37,513 nt of DNA from a virus (lineage: Duplodnaviria > Caudoviricetes): IMG/VR virus record IMGVR_UViG_3300044645_001399, positions 1-37,513 of that record; one strand, given 5' to 3'. Made by a program: the position numbers and the translations under genes. The notes under the pieces are model-generated. The model was not told where the DNA came from and did no database searches. It saw only the letters and a list, made by a program, of their open reading frames with translations. Below are positions 25,608 through 32,362 of the stretch, piece after piece. Position 1 is the first letter of the stretch; each line of letters begins with the position of its first letter.

Positions 25608-26146
25608 AACTCAGATTCCCCCCGACCCGTTACCGCGTGGTGCGGGATTCCCACCTCGGCTACGAGGCGCAGTTTCGCCCGTGGTGGTCTCCGTTTTGGT
25701 GGCAATGTAATGGCGTAAACACTAACATAAGCATTAGGCAAGCGCGTCAAGTTTGTGTTAATCATGCAAGCGGCCGTGGTGCTGCAGTTGTCGCCCAATT
25801 CTCCACCCGCGAACTGGAGGCCCAGCACAACAGCACCTCTTCTGACTGGGATGGCATAGTGCGATGCGCTGACGACATTGAGCCTCGATTGAGGTTGCTA
25901 CTGGGTCGGATGGCGCAGGACCAGCAAGAGGTAAACGACCTTTGCGAACTCAGCAGCCGCATCGCCGAAGGCGATCAGGCGGCAGACTCCCATGACTGGG
26001 ATGGCATAGTGCAATGCGCTGATGACATTGAGTCTCGATTGAGGGTGCTACGGGGTCGGATAAAGCAGAACCAGCAAGAGGTAAACGACCTTAGATACCG
26101 GTACGAACTCAGCAGCCGCCTCGCCGAACTGGAGGCCCAGCAATGA
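25604..26146 (+). CDS. Hypothetical modular protein with an internal duplication
   Basis: 180 aa; N-terminal RYRVV...YEAQFRPWW..FW module, then two DWDGIV.CADDIE.RLR.L.GR..Q.QQEVNDL units. Confidence 0.7.
   Translation: MKLRFPPTRYRVVRDSHLGYEAQFRPWWSPFWWQCNGVNTNISIRQARQVCVNHASGRGAAVVAQFSTRELEAQHNSTSSDWDGIVRCADDIEPRLRLLLGRMAQDQQEVNDLCELSSRIAEGDQAADSHDWDGIVQCADDIESRLRVLRGRIKQNQQEVNDLRYRYELSSRLAELEAQQ
25843..26128 (+). repeat. Imperfect direct repeat (about 127-136 bp, 150-bp period)
   Basis: TGACTGGGATGGCATAGTGC starts at 25843 and 25993; about ten substitutions and one 9-nt indel. Confidence 0.9.
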
Positions 26147-26376
26147 CCTTCCTCCCCGACGACGACGCCTGCCAGTCCGCTGGCGAGGGCATCACCCGGA
26201 CCAGCGAGCCGGGCGCCAAGTTCTGGCCGGTGCAAATCCACTGGCCCGGCTGCCGGCCGATGCGCTGCACCATTCGCGCCACCTGCAAACAACAGGCGTA
26301 CCAGTTCGCCGAACGGCGACACCCTGACGCCAGCTCGATTGAAATCCTGTCTCGGAGATCCACACCATGGCTCTAA
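26143..26376 (+). CDS. Hypothetical protein
   Basis: 77 aa; RPMRCTIRA....A..FA..RHP.A; ATGA overlap. Confidence 0.7.
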   Translation: MTFLPDDDACQSAGEGITRTSEPGAKFWPVQIHWPGCRPMRCTIRATCKQQAYQFAERRHPDASSIEILSRRSTPWL

Positions 26377-26579
26377 CCGCCACCCGTACCGCCAACCCCT
26401 GGCGATTCAGCCCAGGGGATCACGTCTACATCGCCGGTCACCCCCAAGAGCCCGCCATCATCACCAGCAGGGTCCAGCGTAGCCGCGCCAACTGGCCGCA
26501 CTACTACCTAGTGGATGCCGATGGTCACGAATGGCTTGTGCCGCAGATTCACTTAAGCATCTCACCGATTCAGGCATGA
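26367..26579 (+). CDS. Hypothetical protein, SH3-like beta pattern
   Basis: 70 aa; FSPGDHVYI...PHYYLVD..G.EWLVPQIHLS. Confidence 0.65.
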   Translation: MALTATRTANPWRFSPGDHVYIAGHPQEPAIITSRVQRSRANWPHYYLVDADGHEWLVPQIHLSISPIQA

Positions 26580-27088
26580 TTATTTCTGACTGGCAAATCG
26601 CCGAGCGCTGCAGGGCCGGCATGGTGGTCGGCCACGACTCCGAGTTGATCAACCCGGCGTCGCTCGATGTGCGGCTAGGGGATACCCTGCTGATCGAATC
26701 GGCGCAGTCGCCAAAGCTGGTGCCGTACCCGCTGCACCGGCACAGCCAGAATGATCCCTATGAGTTGCGGCCGGGGCAGTTTGTCCTGGCCCAGACGGTG
26801 GAAGTGTTCAACCTGCCGGATGACATCGCCGCGCAATTCATGTTGAAGTCAAGCCGGGCCCGTGAAGGCTTGGAGCACCTGATGGCGGGATACTGTGACC
26901 CCGGCTGGCATGGATCTGTACTCACCCTGGAGCTGCACAACTCCCGCCAGCTGTGGCCCGTGTGGTTGTGGCCGGGAATGAAGATCGGGCAGATCGTGTT
27001 CCATCTGATGGCTGAGCGGCCGATCAACAGCTACGCCGTGACTGGCCGCTACAACGGCGACACCACTGTTCACGCCAGCAAGGGCTGA
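26576..27088 (+). CDS. dcd: dCTP deaminase
   Basis: MIISD start (ATGA overlap); INPASLDVRLG, L.PGQFVLA.T.E, KSSRAREG, AGYCDPGW.G.LTLEL, GMKIGQ, Y..GRY. Confidence 0.92.
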   Translation: MIISDWQIAERCRAGMVVGHDSELINPASLDVRLGDTLLIESAQSPKLVPYPLHRHSQNDPYELRPGQFVLAQTVEVFNLPDDIAAQFMLKSSRAREGLEHLMAGYCDPGWHGSVLTLELHNSRQLWPVWLWPGMKIGQIVFHLMAERPINSYAVTGRYNGDTTVHASKG

Positions 27089-27441
27089 TGCTCCCCTGCC
27101 AGTGGTGCAACGGGACCACCCGCGTGGTGGACACTAGGTTGATCTCCCAGGGCCAGCGCCGCTGGCTGCGGTGCCAAGACTGCGGCCAGCTCACCCGATC
27201 AATCGAAACCTATGAAAGCGGCCGCCGGATTCCGGGGCCGCTTCCTGGTGTCAGGCGCCGGCGGCCGGCCCGCCAAGGGGCCAGCAACGGGCGATCGGTG
27301 CTCACCGATGCCGACATTCGCCGGCTCAGGGAGCAGGCCGCGGCAGGGACGCCCAGGGCCGTGCTGGCTAAGCGGTATGGGGTGACGCCCAACCACATCA
27401 CTCGAATCGTGCGGCGGCGGGCCTGGCGGCACGTAGCCTGA
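27088..27441 (+). CDS. NrdR-like Zn-ribbon plus C-terminal HTH putative regulator
   Basis: CQWC...TRVVDTR...RRWLRCQDCG....SIE; G..NGRSVLTDADIR...LAKRYGVT...ITRIVRRRAWRHV. Confidence 0.7.
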   Translation: MLPCQWCNGTTRVVDTRLISQGQRRWLRCQDCGQLTRSIETYESGRRIPGPLPGVRRRRPARQGASNGRSVLTDADIRRLREQAAAGTPRAVLAKRYGVTPNHITRIVRRRAWRHVA

Positions 27442-27442
27442 G
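27434..27442 (+). promoter_or_regulatory. TAGCCTGAG motif (putative promoter)
   Basis: Exact copy overlapping the upstream stop; ATG at 27445. Confidence 0.5.
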
Positions 27443-27444
27443 CC

Positions 27445-27654
27445 ATGGAGCACCTCTTCACTACCGAACTGGTCATCCGCGACGGGATCCCCGTTTGGCT
27501 GATCCAGGGGTGGGGAGTCGAGGCTGTCAGTGCCAGCCGTCACGCGGCGCTGCGGTCGTTTCGCTGGAAATGCCAACGACGCGGACTGCAGCTCCCAGCA
27601 GGGAGTGAGCAGCCGCGGCGCGGGCCTTCGGAGTGTGATGAGCCGGGGGTGTGA
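27445..27654 (+). CDS. Hypothetical protein
   Basis: 69 aa; last gene of the rightward array. Confidence 0.6.
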   Translation: MEHLFTTELVIRDGIPVWLIQGWGVEAVSASRHAALRSFRWKCQRRGLQLPAGSEQPRRGPSECDEPGV

Positions 27655-27870
27655 TCAGCGCCAGTAAGTGACGCCATCATTGCAGCGCCAGCCGATCCTG
27701 TCAGGGTTGCCTTTCATCTCCCCAACCTTGACGCAGTCATGGGTAGCAGCAAACTGCACCCATTCTCTTTCTTTTAGAACCCCTCCAATTACGGCGAGTG
27801 AAAAACCCCCAACTACAAGGATTGCACACAATGAAACGATGCAAAAGTCAGAAAACTCAGACTTGGACAT
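27655..27870 (-). CDS. Small membrane-anchored protein with paired Cys (71 aa)
   Basis: TM helix, then W..FA..HDC.KVG...W.C.DGVTYWR; AT-richer than flanks. Confidence 0.65.
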   Translation of the reverse strand: MSKSEFSDFCIVSLCAILVVGGFSLAVIGGVLKEREWVQFAATHDCVKVGEMKGNPDRIGWRCNDGVTYWR

Positions 27871-27917
27871 AGCGGTTTAGAGCGAGTGGATAGAATGAAC
27901 AGAACAGCACTAAGATC

Positions 27918-27992
27918 ATGCCCAAAGGCGGCAAGCCCTACGGAACCGGCAAGGGCGGCGGGAAGAAGAAGCGCGGCGACTGGGAGATCTGA
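27918..27992 (+). CDS. Basic Gly/Lys-rich micropeptide (24 aa)
   Basis: Manual translation MPKGGKPYGTGKGGGKKKRGDWEI; TAGAAT -10-like box at 27891-27896; stop abuts the convergent gene's stop. Confidence 0.5.
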   Translation: MPKGGKPYGTGKGGGKKKRGDWEI

Positions 27993-28190
27993 TCAGCCCT
28001 GCCGCCCACGACGGCGCCGAGCTCTGCGCTTGCGTCCGATGCTGGGATCAGGCGTAACAACGAAACAGGTTGCCTCCCATCGGGGTGACGGCGACGAATA
28101 GGCATTGCGGATCTGCTGTGCTCCGATGCTGGCCATCAGTCCTGCGAATGGACTGGCAGGCAGTGGGCACGGGTGCGCTGCGAGATCCAT
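27993..28190 (-). CDS. Hypothetical protein with Arg-rich C-terminus
   Basis: 65 aa from ATG 28190 (TGATG overlap with upstream gene); ends GRKRRARRRRGRQG. Confidence 0.55.
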   Translation of the reverse strand: MDLAAHPCPLPASPFAGLMASIGAQQIRNAYSSPSPRWEATCFVVTPDPSIGRKRRARRRRGRQG

Positions 28191-28333
28191 CACCACTCCC
28201 CCTCCCGCCACACCCTGAGCACTCTGGCGCCAGGACCAGCCAGCTCTAGGGCAGATGCGATGGCCTGGGCCTGGCTGACGGCGTAGAGCTCGATGGGGCC
28301 GGTGGTTAGCTGGACGTGGTAGAGGCGGGGCAT
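28190..28333 (-). CDS. Hypothetical protein (47 aa)
   Basis: MPRLYHVQLTTGPIELYAVSQAQAIASALELAGPGARVLRVWREGEW; TAATG overlap. Confidence 0.65.
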   Translation of the reverse strand: MPRLYHVQLTTGPIELYAVSQAQAIASALELAGPGARVLRVWREGEW

Positions 28334-28560
28334 TACTGGGCCTCCAGTTCGGTGGCGATGGCGAGGAGTTCGGAGCGGACCTTGCGGCGGTTTGCTGCCC
28401 GATCGGTTCGAGCAGCCGTGTGTGGCACGACCTGATCCGCAGCAGCGCGGAGGGCGGCGGCGATGCAGACTTCCTGCCAGTTGTCCTCCAGGGGACAAAG
28501 CTCGTAGCGATCGTCGAACGCGGCCACGATGGCTTGGGCCGCTGGGGAGAGGTCAGCCAT
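28333..28560 (-). CDS. Hypothetical protein of a family recalled from cyanophages (75 aa)
   Basis: MADLSPAAQAIV...IAAALRAAADQVVP...RSELLAIATELEAQ. Confidence 0.7.
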   Translation of the reverse strand: MADLSPAAQAIVAAFDDRYELCPLEDNWQEVCIAAALRAAADQVVPHTAARTDRAANRRKVRSELLAIATELEAQ

Positions 28561-29074
28561 GGTTGGCCTCCTGCCGCAGCACCTTGGCCGCCTGCGCATA
28601 CTCGCCGGAGCCGTGGAGGGCGAACCGGTCGAGCCAGGTGGCGACCTCACAGATTGCGTCACGCGCTTCTGGGTGCCATTTATCGGGCTCGTCGCCTTCG
28701 CTGATCGCATTGGCCACCCTCTCCACCAACCCCCCAGGCTGGGCCTCGGCGCTGGCGGCGCGGAGTACGGTTATGGCGGGATCGGGAGTCGGATCGGCAG
28801 CATCCAACGCAATCAGGCGGTCGAGCTTGTCTTGCACGATGTTCATCTGAATTCGTTCGCCCGTCTCTAAGACGCGGAACGCTGGGGCGGCCTCTAGGGC
28901 TTCGATGCGTTGGTTCTGCTCTGTGCTGCATACAACAAGATCGTTTCGGGCTATGCACAGAGCCCGGAGGGTGTCGTTGAGTTCGAGCATGCAGGAGTGG
29001 GTCGCGCTGCCATCGGCGGCTTCGGATGCGACGAGGGCCCACTGCTCAGGCGTGGCGCGGTGCTGGTCGGTCAT
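28553..29074 (-). CDS. Hypothetical modular protein
   Basis: 173 aa; RATPEQW, SCMLEL, RIEALEAA, LVERVA.AI, EAR.AI.EVA.WL segments; GGAG upstream. Confidence 0.7.
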   Translation of the reverse strand: MTDQHRATPEQWALVASEAADGSATHSCMLELNDTLRALCIARNDLVVCSTEQNQRIEALEAAPAFRVLETGERIQMNIVQDKLDRLIALDAADPTPDPAITVLRAASAEAQPGGLVERVANAISEGDEPDKWHPEARDAICEVATWLDRFALHGSGEYAQAAKVLRQEANHG

Positions 29075-29101
29075 GGCGTGTCTCCGTGGTGGGGTGAGCG
29101 A

Positions 29102-29284
29102 TCAAGCAGCCAACATCCGCCGAACCGTGGTGCGTGAACACCCCAGTCGATCAGCGATGCGCTGCTGTGTCCAGCCATCGCGGCGCCAGCGGCGGGCGCG
29201 TTGCTGGCGGGATTCCGTCAGCCACAACAGGAACAGCGCGGGCAATAACAGCAGCACCAAGAAGGTGCAGAAAATCGTGGTCAT
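29102..29284 (-). CDS. Membrane-anchored helix-turn-helix protein (60 aa)
   Basis: N-terminal TM (IFCTFLVLLLLPALFLLWL) then GWTQQRIADRLGCSRTTVRRML HTH. Confidence 0.75.
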   Translation of the reverse strand: MTTIFCTFLVLLLLPALFLLWLTESRQQRARRWRRDGWTQQRIADRLGCSRTTVRRMLAA

Positions 29285-29324
29285 GGCAAGCAATGGCGAG
29301 TGGCGGGCCTGTGCCCGTAGCAAA

Positions 29325-29355
29325 ATCATACCGCAGCGGTTCCGGTTCCGCACCC
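29325..29355 (-). promoter_or_regulatory. Putative early promoter GTGCGG-N17-TATGAT
   Basis: Intergenic, heads the leftward small-gene array; 23/31 identical to 23639-23669. Confidence 0.55.
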
Positions 29356-29360
29356 CTCGG

Positions 29361-31733
29361 TCAGTAGTGAAACCAATCCACCACCGACTCCAGGCGACTG
29401 GCCCAGCTGTGCCGGCGGATGATCTCGACAACCTCTTCGGCGCTCATCACGTCCGGCGAATTCAGCGCCTTGCGGACGTTCTTCGTAAAGCCGCCCTGAC
29501 TGCGCGTCACTTTCAGCTGCGGCAGATCCTCCGGCAGGTTGGGGATGTCGGTGCTGATGATCGGGATCCCCAGCGTGGCGTACACCCAGCATTTCAGCGG
29601 GTTCATCGCCGCCGTGAGATTCGTTTTCAGGTGCGGGATGATCGCCACGTCAAACGTCGCCAGGTAGGTGCGCAGCTCGTCATAGGGCACTGGGCCCACG
29701 TAGCGAATGTTCCGCCGCTGTGGCAGCTGGGTGGCCACGTGCGTGCTGCCGATCAGCAGCACTAGGTCGTCAGGGTTTTTGGCTGCTACGTGCTCCACCA
29801 ATGGCCAGTCCAGTTTCGACTCCAGGTTTCCGGCATAGCCGATGATCCCCCGGAAATTGCCGGGCGCTACCAACTGCTCCCGCAGGTCAGCCACCTCTGC
29901 CGCGTCCGGTGCGCCGGTGAAATCCACGCCATTGGCCACTACCTGCGCCTTCGTGGGGCTGAGTCTGCCGATGCTCTGCAGCGTGTGCCGGCAGTTGTAA
30001 AGGCCCATGTCGGCCAGATCAAGGATGGCGCGGTAGTGCTCCGTGAGCTCTGTTTTCCGCTCGGCGGATGTGTTGGGCCATGCCCTGTGATCGTCTACCA
30101 CGTCGCCTATCACGTAGTCCGTGGGCAGGGCTGCGGCGATCCGCTCGGCGTGCCGATAGTACGGATAGACCCAGAGCCCCACCTTGGCGCCGGGGAAGCG
30201 CGCTAGGGCCTGCTCCACCAGCCCTTGGCAGTACCGCTCGATGAAGTCGCCCTGTTCAGCCACGCTGAGCCCTGCAGGCATCACTGGCGTGCGGATGGCA
30301 AGCTTGCCTCTGTCCAGCAGCCCGACCCTTTTCCGCTGCGCGTAACGGTGCAACAGCCGGTGATGCCGGTTCTGGCTTTGCTCCAGCTTGCGCAGGTCCA
30401 GCGTGCTAAGCGGTTTCTCCACCAACAGCACCTGGTCCACGTCATTCCGGCTGGCCAGGTACTTTGCCACCATGTCCACCCGCCTGCCAAACACCCCAGC
30501 GTCGTTCTGTTTCCAGAGCATCAAGATGATCCGCCGACCAGGCTCAGGTAGCCCGATCAATGATCTGGCGGCGTAACTGATCGCTCGGCGGCTGGGCTGG
30601 GACAGGAGGTGGCGCATGGTGGTAGCTCCAGAGGCATAGGACAGGTGCTGGTGCGCGAGGCGCTGATTCACCTCCCGATCGGCAGCGCTCAGTGGCTGCA
30701 GCTGGCGGATCGCGTCGGGCAGTTCGGCGGGCGACTCCACAAACGAAATCCCCCGAAACCCCCAGTCCGCCAGCATCTGCAGCGGCGGGGTAGGTGTGGC
30801 GATCAGCCTGATGCCGGCCGCCAGCGCGTCGCACGCTTTGGCCGGCAGCTGATACCGGCTGGCCTCGCGGGACTGATCCTGCAGCAGCACCGCCGCATCA
30901 GCTAGCGCGAGGCAGGCGGGCATAGCCGCGAATGCCACGCTGTCGATCATTGCGGCCTGATCGCCGGCTGCGCGGGTGATGTCGTTCACAATCCCTTGGT
31001 CGGGAATGCGGCCGATGAATGCCGCGCCAGCACCTGGCACCTGGGCCACGGCCTGAGCGATGACGTCGAGGCCCTTGTGCCGCTGCGGCGTGCCTAGGAA
31101 CATCACCAGCGGGGTGCAGCGGCGGCGGATCTCCAGCAGCTCAGTGGGCGGCTCAGCCTGCGGCGATTGAAACGCATCCAGGTCGCGCAGGTGGGCGATG
31201 ATCTCCCCGCCGTGCAGTGCCTGCAGCTCGGTGTTGCAGGTGATGATGTGATCAGCGGCCTTGGTGAGCTGCTGTGCCGCCAGCGTCCAAAACGGCGAGT
31301 AGGGGGCCTCGCCAAGCCGTTCGGGGAACTGCTGCTGCAGCGCCAGCGGCGAGAGCGGGGCATCGTTCGGATCAATGAACGCCAACTCGTGATCATCGAT
31401 GTCAACGATCAGCCGGGCGCCGTTGCGCTCAGCGATGGCAATGCCCAGCAGCACTGACGGCAGCCGGGCTTTGCAGGCGATCACCACGTCTGCATCGGTG
31501 GCCGCGGCGACGCGGCGGCAGCGATGAATCAGCGCCGCGACGGTTTTGGGCTCAGGGATCACAGTGATCGGCTCACCTCGCAACGGCGCCCACACCTCAC
31601 GGCCTAGGTGGGAGAACCCGAAGGCGATCAGCTGGACCTCAGAGAATGCCAGCGCGGCGGCACGGGCGATCAGATGGGCCCGGCCGATGCAGTTGTGGTG
31701 GGCGTCCCACCCAATGACGATGCAGCGAGTCAT
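29361..31733 (-). CDS. Two-domain GT-B (GT4-like) glycosyltransferase
   Basis: About 790 aa from ATG 31733 (ATGA overlap). Domain 1: VDIDDHE, FLGT..RHKG, LPAKACDALAAG. Domain 2: DVVDDH, NGVD, IGYAGNL..KLD, FDVAIIP...NPLK..Y...G.PIIST. Confidence 0.85.
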   Translation of the reverse strand: MTRCIVIGWDAHHNCIGRAHLIARAAALAFSEVQLIAFGFSHLGREVWAPLRGEPITVIPEPKTVAALIHRCRRVAAATDADVVIACKARLPSVLLGIAIAERNGARLIVDIDDHELAFIDPNDAPLSPLALQQQFPERLGEAPYSPFWTLAAQQLTKAADHIITCNTELQALHGGEIIAHLRDLDAFQSPQAEPPTELLEIRRRCTPLVMFLGTPQRHKGLDVIAQAVAQVPGAGAAFIGRIPDQGIVNDITRAAGDQAAMIDSVAFAAMPACLALADAAVLLQDQSREASRYQLPAKACDALAAGIRLIATPTPPLQMLADWGFRGISFVESPAELPDAIRQLQPLSAADREVNQRLAHQHLSYASGATTMRHLLSQPSRRAISYAARSLIGLPEPGRRIILMLWKQNDAGVFGRRVDMVAKYLASRNDVDQVLLVEKPLSTLDLRKLEQSQNRHHRLLHRYAQRKRVGLLDRGKLAIRTPVMPAGLSVAEQGDFIERYCQGLVEQALARFPGAKVGLWVYPYYRHAERIAAALPTDYVIGDVVDDHRAWPNTSAERKTELTEHYRAILDLADMGLYNCRHTLQSIGRLSPTKAQVVANGVDFTGAPDAAEVADLREQLVAPGNFRGIIGYAGNLESKLDWPLVEHVAAKNPDDLVLLIGSTHVATQLPQRRNIRYVGPVPYDELRTYLATFDVAIIPHLKTNLTAAMNPLKCWVYATLGIPIISTDIPNLPEDLPQLKVTRSQGGFTKNVRKALNSPDVMSAEEVVEIIRRHSWASRLESVVDWFHY

Positions 31734-32362
31734 GGCGTTGGGGTGGGTAGTGGCAGGGCGTGGGGGGGGAGCAGCCAGCCGCCGTAGACCATTGCTGGGT
31801 TGGCCATCTGCCAGTAGGGCGGGCCGTCTGGTGGGCACCACCAGCATTCGCCATCAAGATCACGCCACCCTTTCTCGCGCTCCCAAGGCCGCTCAGCCAC
31901 GGGCACCGGCTCGGTGGTGGGGCGGGCGAAGTGGGTGAGGATGGCGCCACATAGATCGGCAACATCTTCGGCGCAGACATTGCCGATCAGTCGCGCAGTA
32001 GGTTCCCAGCCGAAAGCGCACTCTCGAACCGCCGTTGCAATGGATGCGATTCGCTCCGTCACCCCCTCCGGCTCGGGTTCGCCAACACCGAAATAGGGGC
32101 AGGCTGGATCACCGAATCGACCGCAATCGTCCACGTTTGCCGGGGCGATACCGCACATAGGACACTCCCGAACTTGAACGGGCTTTCCGTCGCCAAGGTT
32201 CCGCCAATGAAACAGCCCATCCCCCTCCGGCTCGGGCTGGGCCAGGGCGGCGCGGGCGCGGTTTACAGCGGCCTGAAACCTTAGGCCATCATTGGTGTCG
32301 ATTACATCGTTTTCAACTGCCCCTAGCAATCGTTGCAGTTCGGCGCGGTAATCAGTGCTCAT
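31730..32362 (-). CDS. Hypothetical modular protein with a CxxC insert
   Basis: 210 aa; MSTDYRA...RARAALAQPEPEG, CPMC module, PVPVAERP...G.CWW...WLLP.HALPLP. Confidence 0.7.
   Translation of the reverse strand: MSTDYRAELQRLLGAVENDVIDTNDGLRFQAAVNRARAALAQPEPEGDGLFHWRNLGDGKPVQVRECPMCGIAPANVDDCGRFGDPACPYFGVGEPEPEGVTERIASIATAVRECAFGWEPTARLIGNVCAEDVADLCGAILTHFARPTTEPVPVAERPWEREKGWRDLDGECWWCPPDGPPYWQMANPAMVYGGWLLPPHALPLPTPTP
32062..32236. repeat. 16-bp direct repeat CCCCCTCCGGCTCGGG (32062-32077, 32221-32236) encoding PEPEG
   Basis: Direct sequence comparison; 159-bp period, in frame. Confidence 0.85.

Larger units (their letters stand above)
25581..26146 (+). repeat. 27-bp direct repeats CTCGCCGAACTGGAGGCCCAGCAATGA (25581-25607, 26120-26146) with a 15-bp core copy at 25811-25825
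   Basis: Direct sequence comparison; a fourth core copy lies on the - strand at 28336-28350. Confidence 0.9.

Noticed and set aside
25843-26128. Repeat pair as a diversity-generating retroelement TR/VR
   Set aside because: Differences include C/T, T/G and an indel rather than adenine-only changes; both copies are in one ORF; no reverse transcriptase in the window.
25581-26146. 27-bp repeats as CRISPR repeats, attL/attR or integron attC sites
   Set aside because: Irregular long spacing, coding in frame, no palindromic attC structure and no integrase in the window. Kept only as microhomology boundaries.
28905-29765. 286-aa + strand ORF
   Set aside because: Antisense to three better-supported - strand genes; no recognisable motifs.
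31734-31847. ORF-track early start of the glycosyltransferase
   Set aside because: Overlaps the upstream gene; ATG 31733 gives ATGA coupling and begins at the first GT-B strand.
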